Position numbers and translations under genes: made by a program
The notes under the pieces: generated by a model
The model's database searches: none
Told to the model about the DNA's origin: nothing
What the model saw: only the letters and a program-made list of their open reading frames with translations
Part shown: positions 29,951-39,885 of the stretch, piece after piece
Layout of the letters: every line of letters starts with the position of its first letter
How positions within the stretch are numbered: position 1 is the stretch's first letter
From: Nitrososphaerota archaeon
Lineage (GTDB): Archaea > Thermoproteota > EX4484-205 > JAAOZP01
Length of the DNA stretch: 64,000 nucleotides
Direction: 5' to 3'
Assembly: GCA_011605725.1 (NCBI GenBank)
Contig: JAAOZP010000017.1
Coordinates: 96,001-160,000 of the forward strand

Positions 29951-31507
29951 TCACCACTTGCCTTTTTCCCTCTGCTTAAGCTGCTCGTTAATCCTCTCCA
30001 TGATACTGCTCAGCTCAGGCGTTACGCCATGGTGAACCGTTCTCCTGTCCAAGGTTTTCACGTGTGCTGGAAGAGGTACGAAAGGCCCGACAAGCAAAGC
30101 CTCCCCCTGGTTTAGACCAGGAAGGTCTTCCACAAGCCTATGGTGAAAGCTTTCACTGGCATTCTCTATGACGTTCTGATCCTGCTGGTTAGTTATTCTC
30201 ATCACCGCGTAATTCCCTATGTTGCTCAATATGTCCGGCTCTATGTTTCTTGGGCGCTGGCTTATCAGAATTATGAAGAGGCCGAACTTGGCGCCCTCCC
30301 TTACCGCTGTAGATATGGTCCTGACAGCATATCCTCCGCTCTTCTCAGAAGCTATGCGGTGGGCCTCCTCAATAAATAGGAAAACAGGGGTAAAACTCTT
30401 CTCTTCACTCTTGCTTGAAACCTGGTGTCTGAACAAGGTGTCTACGATTATACTGGCATACGCGTCTTGAACCCTTGAACGCAACCCGTTTAGACAGATG
30501 ATGCTCAGCGTCTTAGGGGCCAGCAGCTCTGAGACACTCATCCCGGTTGGCGGGAGCGAAACCTCCTCACCCAGGTCTTCAAGCCTAGCGAGAAGACTCT
30601 CATACCTAACTCTGTCCTCCCCCTTAAGCACCGGCTTACCATTACCATCGGTTTCTTCCAGCTTGCTCCTGATTAAGCCAGTTATATCCCCCAGTCCGAA
30701 GGGACGTCTCTCCGATTTCAGCCTTCTCAAAATGTTTCTCAAAACAATTTTCTGCCTCTCCCCCAGAGTGGTTCCGAGAAGCGCGATTATAGCCTCATAC
30801 GTCAGCTGCTCAGGACTCAGCTGGAGCTCCCTCTGCTCAGCGGTCACGCCACGTACTTTCGGAGCTCCTGGTGGGTAGTAGACAACAATGTTGAAGTCCC
30901 CATGCCTACCGCCGTTAACAAGCCTATCCATCATAACGTAGTCAGCATGAATATCTATGACGACCACTGGGAAAGGCGTGTTCAAAAGAATCTCCTCGAT
31001 CAGCCTGCCGGCAAAATAGGATTTCCCAGCTCTAGTGGCTGCGAAAACTCCTAAATGAAACTGAAGATCCTGAAGATGTATAGGAACCTTAACCATGGGC
31101 CTGTTGAGAAGCATCGCCACGTACAACGGTATCCTCTTCTCTACTCCTGAAAAGAATGCTTGAAGAAGCTCGTCGTCAGCCCTATAGACGGGCGCGTTAG
31201 GGTCTGGAGCAACCTTCGGCCTCATGATCCGCCCATCCTTAAGATACCCCACCACCTCTGTTGAAACCAGCCTGTAGGAATAGGGTGACACCTGCTGCTC
31301 AGCAGCCAGCCTCTCCGTCGCAAGAGGGTTTTTAGAAGCCAAGCCAACGATCTCTGCTAAAACCCTAACCTTCTCAAGCCTTCCGTCATCAAAATTATTC
31401 ACCTCTACATAGACATAGTCGTGGAGAGCAACCGGATTATCTATACCTGTTTTAAAAACGAACCGGTATGGTGTGGACTCCTCTACTACTCTTCCCAGCG
31501 GCTCCAT
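29951..31507 (-). CDS. herA: HerA helicase/translocase
   Basis: HAS barrel N-terminus, ATRAGKS, DIHADY, IEEAH, REGAKFG, SQRP. Confidence 0.9.
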   Translation of the reverse strand: MEPLGRVVEESTPYRFVFKTGIDNPVALHDYVYVEVNNFDDGRLEKVRVLAEIVGLASKNPLATERLAAEQQVSPYSYRLVSTEVVGYLKDGRIMRPKVAPDPNAPVYRADDELLQAFFSGVEKRIPLYVAMLLNRPMVKVPIHLQDLQFHLGVFAATRAGKSYFAGRLIEEILLNTPFPVVVIDIHADYVMMDRLVNGGRHGDFNIVVYYPPGAPKVRGVTAEQRELQLSPEQLTYEAIIALLGTTLGERQKIVLRNILRRLKSERRPFGLGDITGLIRSKLEETDGNGKPVLKGEDRVRYESLLARLEDLGEEVSLPPTGMSVSELLAPKTLSIICLNGLRSRVQDAYASIIVDTLFRHQVSSKSEEKSFTPVFLFIEEAHRIASEKSGGYAVRTISTAVREGAKFGLFIILISQRPRNIEPDILSNIGNYAVMRITNQQDQNVIENASESFHHRLVEDLPGLNQGEALLVGPFVPLPAHVKTLDRRTVHHGVTPELSSIMERINEQLKQREKGKW

Positions 31508-32784
31508 CAGCATCCCCTCAATACAGCATCCCTAATGCTTCTCCTTCTAGGGCTTGCTTTAAAACCTCTTCTCCTCAGCTCTTCGACTACAACAGGCTCG
31601 TAAGCATACCTGTAGATGCTTCTACTAAGCCTAGCAATGGAGTCTACCTCAGCAAGCGGGTGTACAATATGAGGCTCATGCTGCAGCCTGTTTAACACGC
31701 CGAATATTTTTTTCGCTTTTTCAACACCTGAATCATCTATGAAAAAGTCTGCGGAAAGGCTTCCACCCGCGTCACTGTACCCGAGAATGTTTGAAGGGAT
31801 ATCTACCCTGTAAACTCTAGAGCTTAGACTAGGCCTCCAGAATGTTAACGCTACCGGAGGATTTGAGAAGTAGCTGTCAAGCGCTTCGAGAACCCCTTTC
31901 AACGCTTCATCACGTTTTAGACGCGACCTGAACCCTGAGTCCCACCAGCTTGTTGACCTAGTCTCCCCCGTTAGGAAAATAGTCTGCGGCGCAAGGAGAA
32001 GCGGTTTCGTGAAGCCTGGCCCAGGCGCTATCTCGCTATACACACCTTCATCTGAAAAATCCTGCTCCAACTCATTGAAACATGTTTCCAGCATCGAGTC
32101 TGAAGATAAACCCTTAACCTTCTCGCTTAAAACTTCCCGAATCCTCCTTATGCTTCTCCCTCTTGCTACGGAAGCAAGCCCAGGATCTAGGCTGTGAAGA
32201 ATATCAATCATTATCTTCGCCCTTAGGTAGCTGATGTCACTGTCCTTTGAAAGACCTATGACCATCCTTTCCCCGTCGACAAGCTTCAGCAGAAGAGTCA
32301 GCTCCTTAACGTAGCTTTCAAAAACCCTTGAAACAGCTTTTAAGCGGTCCCTATTGTGGAGAAAAGTCAGGTAGAGGCTTCCGTCGAAAATGCCGAGGAC
32401 CCTTCCATGCGACTGGAAGGCTTTTTCCAAAGCCCGCCTCAGCGTCCTAAGCTCTAGAGCCCTTAAAAACAGCTCTCTACCCTGAAGCCTATAGCCTGCT
32501 TCCACCCCTGCCTCCAGCAGGCTGACCGGCTCTCTCCCCCTCGAGTAAATATGCGCCACGGATCTAGCTACCCAGACAACCAAGCCTCCGGAGAAGCTGG
32601 ATTCACTGATGCTTCCATCGCAAGCCGCTACAGCTCCATCCGGCTCACATGCTTCATCATATGGACACCATTTTGAAAGATAGGAAGCCTTGAAGGGCGA
32701 CGAGTAGAAGCCCGGTGGGCTCAGCCTGCCTACTGATTCACGCAGCCCGCTTAGGAACATCTGGAAGAACTGCTCCTCAGCCAT
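31507..32784 (-). CDS. nurA: NurA nuclease
   Basis: ACDGS, LELR, FDGSL, GLSKDS, PLAEVD..AR; translationally coupled to herA. Confidence 0.85.
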   Translation of the reverse strand: MAEEQFFQMFLSGLRESVGRLSPPGFYSSPFKASYLSKWCPYDEACEPDGAVAACDGSISESSFSGGLVVWVARSVAHIYSRGREPVSLLEAGVEAGYRLQGRELFLRALELRTLRRALEKAFQSHGRVLGIFDGSLYLTFLHNRDRLKAVSRVFESYVKELTLLLKLVDGERMVIGLSKDSDISYLRAKIMIDILHSLDPGLASVARGRSIRRIREVLSEKVKGLSSDSMLETCFNELEQDFSDEGVYSEIAPGPGFTKPLLLAPQTIFLTGETRSTSWWDSGFRSRLKRDEALKGVLEALDSYFSNPPVALTFWRPSLSSRVYRVDIPSNILGYSDAGGSLSADFFIDDSGVEKAKKIFGVLNRLQHEPHIVHPLAEVDSIARLSRSIYRYAYEPVVVEELRRRGFKASPRRRSIRDAVLRGC

Positions 32785-32856
32785 CTGCTTGAAAACCGGC
32801 TCTAAGCCCTTATTATCCTTTCTATGCTGCCTTAACGGAAATAGTTTAAAGAATCT

Positions 32857-35160
32857 TTACTCTACTCGAACACTGCTGAAGAAGACTGTTCTAAAGCCTA
32901 TGGTTCTAGCTTCACCCGTAACCTTGAAACTGCCTCTAAGCCTTATGTCCTCTGAAGAAGCGCCGATAAAGACTTCGAATACACCTGGCTCAACCACCAG
33001 CCTCATATGCTCATCGTAGAAGGCGAGCTGCTCAGTGTAGAGCGTGAACTCAACCATCCTAGTCTCCCCTGGCTCAAGACTCAGCCTTTTGAAACCCTTA
33101 AGCTCCATCACCGGCCTAGTGACGCTTGCCACAGGATCCCTCACGTAAAGCTGAACAACCTCGTCGCCCTTCAAGCCACCAGTATTCCTAAGTTTAAAAC
33201 GTATTTTAACACTGCCTGTGGAACTGGCTTCCTGGGGCTCGATCTCGAGAGAACTGTATTCGAAGACCGTGTAGCTTAAACCATGGCCGAATGGGAACGC
33301 TGGCTTAGCATCCATCCCGACGTAGCTCCTGAACGATGAAGGCTTCCTGTTATAGTTCAGCGGAATCTGGCCAGCGTCCTTCGGGAAAGAAACTGGAAGC
33401 CTTCCACCCGGATTATAGTATCCGAAGAGGACGTCTGCAACAGCGTTACCTCCCTCTTCACCAGGGTACCATGCTTCAAGTATTGCTGAACAATTTTCAG
33501 CCATCCAGCCTAGGGAAATCGGCCTGCCGTTAACAAGCACAAGTATAACCGGTTTACCGGTTTTGCAGAGCTCCCTCACCAAATCCTCCTGGACCCCGGG
33601 CAGCCCCAGGGAAAACCTGTCACACCCCTCGCCGGAAACCCCTCTTTCAAACATTCCAGACTTTTCACCCATCACTGCTACCACCACATCCGACTCCAAG
33701 GCTGCTTTAACAGCTTCGCTAAACTCTTCTCTCGACCCCCCGGTGATGTCGCAGCCCTTAGCGTATTTCACCAATATTTTTCCTGAAGCCCTGCTCCTGA
33801 TGCCCTCAAGTATGCTGACCGTCCTAACCGCACCCTCCTTGAAAACCTCGTCGTAGCCAGGCGGCGGGTTAGCCATATCCATGTGAGCCGTGAAACTATA
33901 GTCCCCGTGTAGGTTCCTCTTGCTGTCGGCATTCGGACCTATGACTGCTATCGACTTAACTGTCTCCCGGATCGGGAGGACCCCGTTGTTCTTCAGGAGG
34001 ACGATCGACTCCCTCGCAGCCCTAAGGGCGAGAGCCCTATCCTCATCCCTGTCAAACTGGCTTTTAGCCTCCTCAGGGTTGACGTACGGGTTTTCGAAAA
34101 GGCCTAGTAGAAACTTGGCTCTTAAAACCCTTGAAACCGCCAGGTCTATAAGACCTTCAGAAACCCTGCCCTCTCTAACAGCCTGCAGCAGTGGCTCCCC
34201 GTAGCAGTCTACATGGGGAAGCTCAATATCAATCCCGGCTTGAAACGCCTGGACCGCAGCATCCTTAGCGTCCTTAGCAGTGTTGTGAAAGTTTTCAAGC
34301 ATCCTGATGGCGAAATAGTCTGAGACGACAAACCCTTGGAACCCCCATTCACCCCTGAGAATATCTGTGAGAAGCATTCTGGAGGAGGCGCAGGGAACCC
34401 CGTCTATCTCGTGGTAAGCGTTCATAACCGATAGGACCCCGGCAACCTTAACCGCGGCCTCAAAGGGAAACAGGAAAACCTCTCTCAGCTCCCTAGGGCC
34501 TGCGTGAACCGGGGCACAGTTCCTCCCGCCTTCTGGAAAACCGTGGGCTGCGAAATGCTTGACGGTTGCTATGACACCGTTCCTCAAATCCTCTCCCTGG
34601 AGGCCCTTAACGTAGGCAACCCCCATGCTTGCAACCAGGTATGGGTCCTCGCCATAGGTCTCCTCCGTCCTGCCCCATCTCGGGTCTCTCAGAACATCCA
34701 GAACAGGTGCAAGCCCCTGATGGGCTCCGGAAGCCCTAACCTGCCTCCTTATCACTGAAGCGACTTTTTCAACAAGCTCCGGATTCCACGTGCTTGCTAA
34801 GCCTATCGCCTGAGGGAACACTGTAGCCCCCATCGCTAGGAAGCCTGTTAAACACTCCTCGTGGACGATAGCAGGCACGTGAAGCCTAGTCTTCTCAACC
34901 AGGAACCTCTGGATCTCGTTGGCAATTCTAGCACCATCCCCGGGATTAACCCCTAGGGCTCCTGATAAGCGTGTTAACTCCCCTATGCCTTTTTTAAGCT
35001 CCTCCAGCTTTTCACGCGGCATAGCTGCCACTCCGAAAACCCTTGGCCAGACTGACTGGAGTTGAGCAAGCTTCTCCTCCAGCGTCATCCTTTTCAAAAG
35101 ATCCCTAACCCTGAGCTCAACAGGTGCTGATGAGTCAAGGTAAACAGGCTTATCCTCCAT
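32857..35160 (-). CDS. Glycoside hydrolase family 3 (beta-glucosidase/xylosidase), cytoplasmic
   Basis: MTLEEK, DPRWGRTEETYGEDP, KHF, VVSDY nucleophile, GEGCDR, FPFGHGLSYT, FnIII C-terminus. Confidence 0.96.
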   Translation of the reverse strand: MEDKPVYLDSSAPVELRVRDLLKRMTLEEKLAQLQSVWPRVFGVAAMPREKLEELKKGIGELTRLSGALGVNPGDGARIANEIQRFLVEKTRLHVPAIVHEECLTGFLAMGATVFPQAIGLASTWNPELVEKVASVIRRQVRASGAHQGLAPVLDVLRDPRWGRTEETYGEDPYLVASMGVAYVKGLQGEDLRNGVIATVKHFAAHGFPEGGRNCAPVHAGPRELREVFLFPFEAAVKVAGVLSVMNAYHEIDGVPCASSRMLLTDILRGEWGFQGFVVSDYFAIRMLENFHNTAKDAKDAAVQAFQAGIDIELPHVDCYGEPLLQAVREGRVSEGLIDLAVSRVLRAKFLLGLFENPYVNPEEAKSQFDRDEDRALALRAARESIVLLKNNGVLPIRETVKSIAVIGPNADSKRNLHGDYSFTAHMDMANPPPGYDEVFKEGAVRTVSILEGIRSRASGKILVKYAKGCDITGGSREEFSEAVKAALESDVVVAVMGEKSGMFERGVSGEGCDRFSLGLPGVQEDLVRELCKTGKPVILVLVNGRPISLGWMAENCSAILEAWYPGEEGGNAVADVLFGYYNPGGRLPVSFPKDAGQIPLNYNRKPSSFRSYVGMDAKPAFPFGHGLSYTVFEYSSLEIEPQEASSTGSVKIRFKLRNTGGLKGDEVVQLYVRDPVASVTRPVMELKGFKRLSLEPGETRMVEFTLYTEQLAFYDEHMRLVVEPGVFEVFIGASSEDIRLRGSFKVTGEARTIGFRTVFFSSVRVE

Positions 35161-35287
35161 CTTTACTCACAAATTAAGCCACTCTTCTTCAATATTTATG
35201 TTTTCAAGCCGTCGCCACCGCTTAAAGCAAAGAGTTGCGGCTTCAAATCGTTAGAATTAAAATTATTTAAGGCTGAGAAAGCGATTA

Positions 35288-35420
35288 TTGAAAGAGGGAA
35301 CAACGGCTAGAAGACTGACGGTCCCGGATATTGATAAATGCGTCGGATGCCAGCTCTACATGTTCAAGAAGGTTCGGAGAGGCATGGTTCTCCAGGTCAG
35401 CCATAAGCGTTCAATCAGAC
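35288..35420 (+). pseudogene. Remnant of a 4Fe-4S dicluster protein gene
   Basis: RRLTVPDIDKCVGCQLYMF, then after a frameshift SRRFGEAWFSRSAISVQS; third Cys lost; sequence breaks off at the convergent GH gene. Confidence 0.55.
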
Positions 35421-35423
35421 TTC

Positions 35424-36860
35424 TTACGGGCTACGCGTCATCCCACCCACATGCATGATCTCAGCCTTGAGATTGACGGAAGTAGCCCTCGTAACCAGAA
35501 TCACCCATGGCTCGTCATTTATGTTCACAAGGCCGAAATTACTGTTCTCACCATCGAACCTGCCCTGAGCAGGCTGGTCTGAATACTGAAACCAATGGTA
35601 GCCAACCACATATGGCTCGGAAAGAAGTTTTGCAACGTATTTCTCAAAACGCTCCGCCCTATCTTCCTGTGTCGCTAAAGGTGTTCCAGCACCCTTAGTG
35701 TTCGGCAGCCCCGAATCCCTTGCCTTAAAAGAAAACTCGGTGATAATGACTGGCAGACCAGTTAGACGGTTTATAGCCCTAAGGTCCTCTATGGGAGGCT
35801 CCCAACCATAGTTGTTTATCGAAACCACGTCAGTATAACCGACACATCCCTTTAAAACTTCATCCGGAGGCCTGAATGCGAACCTGCATCCCAAAATAAG
35901 GTGGTTCGGGTCATGTCTTCTTATCGCGTCATGACAAACCTTAAAATACCTTTTCGAAACGACCTCTAGGAAGCCAAGCCTATCCGAATCCAATGAGGCT
36001 CCGCCGGGAGGCTCGTAAACATTCAGGATATCCTCGAAAGAGTTGAAGCCCGTTCCCCATTTAGCGTTAAGCTCCCCTATGTTGCCGTACTTCTCCCTTA
36101 GATACTGGACTAGGGCTTTCTTACCCGGCGCATCTTTTTCAAGGGCAATATAGTCGTCGAAAAGATGCTTAGTAGACCTCCAGTCAGGCCCCCACCTCAA
36201 CTCATTATCTGTGAAGTAGCCTAAGAGATACGGGTCGTCCCTTCTTGAAGCACATATTTCCCCCGCCGCCTCATCAGCCACCTCCTCGAACCTTTTCGAG
36301 AAATAGTCCACAACCTTTCCGCTTAACCATTCTGACCCGGCTTTCGCAGCAATGTCAAGTATTATCGTGTATGGGATTTTAAGCCTGTAGAGCTCGCTGC
36401 TAGACCAGGCGCCTATAGTGTTGAAGCCATAGCTGCGAAGCCTCTCAACAGTGGCTTCAGCCCAAGACTCAGCATGCCCGTATTTCCCTAGAACAACCCT
36501 GTTGTACGGACTGTATCCTAGAGAGGGAGAGTAATCCCCGTCGAAGCTAACATGATTCACCCCTTTAGATATGAAGCCGTTTCCCTCAGGATCTATAATC
36601 CACCAGACGCCGTTAATCTTCTCAACGTGGAAGAAGCCTGTAGCTGTACCTTTAACACGCAACGTCCCACCGTAAGAATCATAGAAGAGGATTGATATAA
36701 GGCTTGCCAGGCTTTTAAAGCTTTCACTGTGTTCAGCGAGCTGACGGTTAAGCTCCCTGACTGATTGCATTGAAACGGATAGGTTGTAGAGTGAAAACGC
36801 TAGGATTATCAGCATGATTACGAGGAGCAGGCGCATCATCTTAAAACTCGACGTCATCAA
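35424..36860 (-). CDS. Membrane-anchored GH50/agarase-like clan GH-A glycoside hydrolase
   Basis: N-terminal TM + coiled coil; GFFHVEKINGVWWIIDPEG, FNTIGAWS, GYFTDNEL, ITEFSF, VGYHWFQYSDQP..GRFDGENSNFG. Confidence 0.8.
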   Translation of the reverse strand: MMTSSFKMMRLLLVIMLIILAFSLYNLSVSMQSVRELNRQLAEHSESFKSLASLISILFYDSYGGTLRVKGTATGFFHVEKINGVWWIIDPEGNGFISKGVNHVSFDGDYSPSLGYSPYNRVVLGKYGHAESWAEATVERLRSYGFNTIGAWSSSELYRLKIPYTIILDIAAKAGSEWLSGKVVDYFSKRFEEVADEAAGEICASRRDDPYLLGYFTDNELRWGPDWRSTKHLFDDYIALEKDAPGKKALVQYLREKYGNIGELNAKWGTGFNSFEDILNVYEPPGGASLDSDRLGFLEVVSKRYFKVCHDAIRRHDPNHLILGCRFAFRPPDEVLKGCVGYTDVVSINNYGWEPPIEDLRAINRLTGLPVIITEFSFKARDSGLPNTKGAGTPLATQEDRAERFEKYVAKLLSEPYVVGYHWFQYSDQPAQGRFDGENSNFGLVNINDEPWVILVTRATSVNLKAEIMHVGGMTRSP

Positions 36861-36928
36861 ACGGTCTTACGCCGCCGTTTTTAAAAACTTTCCGTCAGAC
36901 TTAACCAACTAATACGTGAAAAGGATTG

Positions 36929-36947
36929 TGAAAAAGATAAAAAAAAT
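36929..36947 (-). terminator. Oligo-T terminator after the OPT-like gene
   Basis: TTTTTTTTATCTTTTT on the minus strand just after the stop at 36953. Confidence 0.6.
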
Positions 36948-36952
36948 GGTTT

Positions 36953-39052
36953 TTACGGTTTGAACAGGGTTTGCATCTTCGGGAATACTACTCCAAGGTT
37001 CAGCAGCGCAGCGGGCAGCCACATGGCGCCGAAGCCCAGGATCCATCCTGCTACGATAGGCATAGCATACTCCTCATACCTCTTTATTCCAATAGTCCTG
37101 ATCACGACGAATTTTATTATTAACGCGATCAGCGAGGTGAGCCACATGTATGTCGGTATAGTCATGGATATGTAGAGCGCTGGAACGCTTATGAACCAGA
37201 AGAACGGAACCTTAAGCTTCAATATGTAGAGCACGAGCGCCAAAAGTATCCCAAGGCCATAGCATATTCCAAGAGAGTATTCTACTGTCAGCTCCGCCGG
37301 CCCAGCCCACCTGCCTCTATGGTAGTAGCCTGCAGCCATCCAGGGCCACCATGTGAACACACGGTCACTCAGCTGGTTGACACCGCCCTGCGTGTTGAAG
37401 ATGAAATAGGTGTCCAGCGGAACAAACACGAAAAGCAGCACAACCATGCCGATGATCAAAGCTATCAGGAAGTCCCTCATCCGCATCTTGAGCTCGTAGG
37501 CAAGCTTGTAAAGCGTTACTTGGAACCCGCCGGACAATGGGCCGAAGGAAACGTTCCAGTGGCCAGCGTTCGCCATATGCCTAGCTATCGTGAACCAGGC
37601 TGGGTCAGTCATAGGCGTGTCCCAAGTTACGGCGGTGGGCGCAGGCCACCCTCTTAGGGCTGACCCAACTACGTAAGTCGGGTCCCAGGCGGCGGGGCCA
37701 GCACCCCAGCCTGTTCCAACGTGCCAGAACACCTCCGCGTATACCCTAGCGTAGGTCACGTGGAAGACGAGTGCCCATAGTGGCACCAGGAGGGCGATCA
37801 ACGGGTCTGCTCCTTCAATCAGCATTAACGCGTACCATCCGAACGCGCCTATAAGTAGTAGCAATGGGATTGTTCTCATGGATAGACCCCTCTCCTCCCC
37901 TCCCTTCCACAGGGATGAGAAGACGCTTGCAAACCTCTTCCTCTGAGTGTAGAGGCACCATATCGCTATTCCAAGGCCCACGCCGGTTGAAGCAACATAC
38001 CTGTATGGGAAGGGCATCCATACTCCCGGGTATGATTCCCAAGGCCAAACGTACTCCATTCCAGCCTGGTATGCGACTATGCCCATGCTTACGCCTATGC
38101 CCTGGTAGAGCACGCCGAAGATGATCCAGCCGAGTATCAGGGTTATCAGAGCATCGTTAGGCATAACCAGTCCCACGGCTATCTGAGGTATGAAGAATAT
38201 TGCTGAAGCATATATCCCGGGCCAGAGCGCGGCGAGGAAAGGCAGGTTCACATTCTGCTCACCCCACCATGCGGACGCTGGGAACTCCGGCCAGAGCTCA
38301 GCTATCAAGGGCTGTATTCCGCTTATCATGCCTATTACGAACATGCCCCAGAAAATCTTTGAAGTTGGAACCTTGAAGTTGAAGAGCCTAGACTTGTTGG
38401 TAGTGGGATCAATCTCACCCGCTTCCCTGAACAGGTAGAGAGATGGAACAGCCAGCGGGAAGATTAGCCTCTCCTCCTCAACCCAGACCTTGCCGAATAC
38501 GAATGTCACGAAAATGCTTATGAAAGCGTAGAACATGTAGACTAGGCCCCAGTATATTATTGCGTTCATTATGTAGCCCCATGGAACAGTTTGCCCAGGA
38601 GCCTTACCGTTCATCAGCATCGTAGCAATCTCGAAGCGTACCGGCTCAGGAGCAATTACGACTGCTGGAACAGCCTTGCTCCAGTAGTCTCTCAAGGCGT
38701 CGATCGAGAACGCTTCGTAATCGCTTAGGGCACCGTACACGGGCATGCTTAAAGGATTATTATGGGCTGCGGCATGCATCGTAAGGTAGGAGTGCATCCC
38801 TAGGAATGAGATGACTGAGAATACGAAAACCAGCTCCTGCGGCGTCAGCCTCATCTTAGGATTGGCTCTCCCTAGGAGTTCAAATATCACGACTAAGTAC
38901 ACCATAGGTAGGATGAAGGTACCGAAAGTAGACGTCTTATCAGTATATAGGCCTACTACAACCGACATGTATGCGAAGAATATTGCGAGGGGGATGGAGA
39001 TGGCGAGTGATTTTGCTGTTAAACCTGTTCTCAGCTCTACTTCAGTAGCCAT
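36953..39052 (-). CDS. OPT-superfamily-like polytopic membrane protein (DUF6785/DUF6784-like)
   Basis: Many TM segments; GLTAKS, RLTPQEL, WVEEERLIFPLA. Confidence 0.7.
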   Translation of the reverse strand: MATEVELRTGLTAKSLAISIPLAIFFAYMSVVVGLYTDKTSTFGTFILPMVYLVVIFELLGRANPKMRLTPQELVFVFSVISFLGMHSYLTMHAAAHNNPLSMPVYGALSDYEAFSIDALRDYWSKAVPAVVIAPEPVRFEIATMLMNGKAPGQTVPWGYIMNAIIYWGLVYMFYAFISIFVTFVFGKVWVEEERLIFPLAVPSLYLFREAGEIDPTTNKSRLFNFKVPTSKIFWGMFVIGMISGIQPLIAELWPEFPASAWWGEQNVNLPFLAALWPGIYASAIFFIPQIAVGLVMPNDALITLILGWIIFGVLYQGIGVSMGIVAYQAGMEYVWPWESYPGVWMPFPYRYVASTGVGLGIAIWCLYTQRKRFASVFSSLWKGGEERGLSMRTIPLLLLIGAFGWYALMLIEGADPLIALLVPLWALVFHVTYARVYAEVFWHVGTGWGAGPAAWDPTYVVGSALRGWPAPTAVTWDTPMTDPAWFTIARHMANAGHWNVSFGPLSGGFQVTLYKLAYELKMRMRDFLIALIIGMVVLLFVFVPLDTYFIFNTQGGVNQLSDRVFTWWPWMAAGYYHRGRWAGPAELTVEYSLGICYGLGILLALVLYILKLKVPFFWFISVPALYISMTIPTYMWLTSLIALIIKFVVIRTIGIKRYEEYAMPIVAGWILGFGAMWLPAALLNLGVVFPKMQTLFKP

Positions 39053-39139
39053 AAGGTTTTCACCTTCGTTTAGTTATACATTTGCAAAATTTAAACTTTA
39101 CGCATGTAAACTTTGTTCCATAGAGCCAGACTTTAAAAA

Positions 39140-39155
39140 TGGGTTTGCAAACCCA
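39140..39155. promoter_or_regulatory. Perfect 16-bp palindrome, candidate operator
   Basis: TGGGTTTGCAAACCCA directly after the TATA-like CTTTAAAA in a divergent promoter region. Confidence 0.45.
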
Positions 39156-39198
39156 CGGATGAATATGCAACCCCTTCCACTCCCGAAGTTAGATTTAT

Positions 39199-39885
39199 TT
39201 GGCGAAAATTCAATGGCATAGGGTAATGTCGTGGGTTCAAAGCGTGAAGAGGGCTCTTGAAAAGTATGAAGTGTCTTTTGAGGAAACAGGCAGGGGAAAC
39301 CTTGTTGTAAAGCCCGTTGAAAACCCGCAGATAAAGCTGATTATCCTCGTGAGAAGGATGCAGTTCAGCTTTGAAAGGAAGTTTGAAATCACCGGTGTGC
39401 TTGAAATCCCTGAAGAAAGGCTTGAGAAACATGATAAGCGTCAGCTTTTAAGAAGGATGCTTTCAGAGTCTGTGGAACTGGAGTTGAAAGGCGTTTTGAG
39501 AAGAAGCGTGAAGGCCAGCAAGTGGAGTGGACTCGCATCACTAACCGGGATAAACATGCCCGAGGAGGAGGGTATTATGCGAGTCATCGGGACCAAGGAT
39601 TTTGAGGAACTGGTTAAGAGGGGGGGAGGCGACTTGATAGAAATCTTTCCATCCATCATACCGGTCGAACTGTTCGAAACATACTTGATGGCTTCAGACA
39701 GAGGGCTGATAACCAGCAGCCTTGTTAAAAAATACTTGGAGGATCCTCAATCCATATCTTGGATCGTGAGGATGCACATGCTGTATGGCCTCCAGTCTCC
39801 GGGAGTGGTTCAGAAAGCATTCCTCACCGTTGTCAACTTGCTTAAGAAAATAGAGGAGTATACTTACACTACGCTTTTGCCATAG
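39199..39885 (+). CDS. Hypothetical soluble protein inside the carbohydrate/transport locus
   Basis: 228-aa ORF with typical composition; its 3' end overlaps the convergent gene by 17 nt. Confidence 0.7.
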   Translation: MAKIQWHRVMSWVQSVKRALEKYEVSFEETGRGNLVVKPVENPQIKLIILVRRMQFSFERKFEITGVLEIPEERLEKHDKRQLLRRMLSESVELELKGVLRRSVKASKWSGLASLTGINMPEEEGIMRVIGTKDFEELVKRGGGDLIEIFPSIIPVELFETYLMASDRGLITSSLVKKYLEDPQSISWIVRMHMLYGLQSPGVVQKAFLTVVNLLKKIEEYTYTTLLP

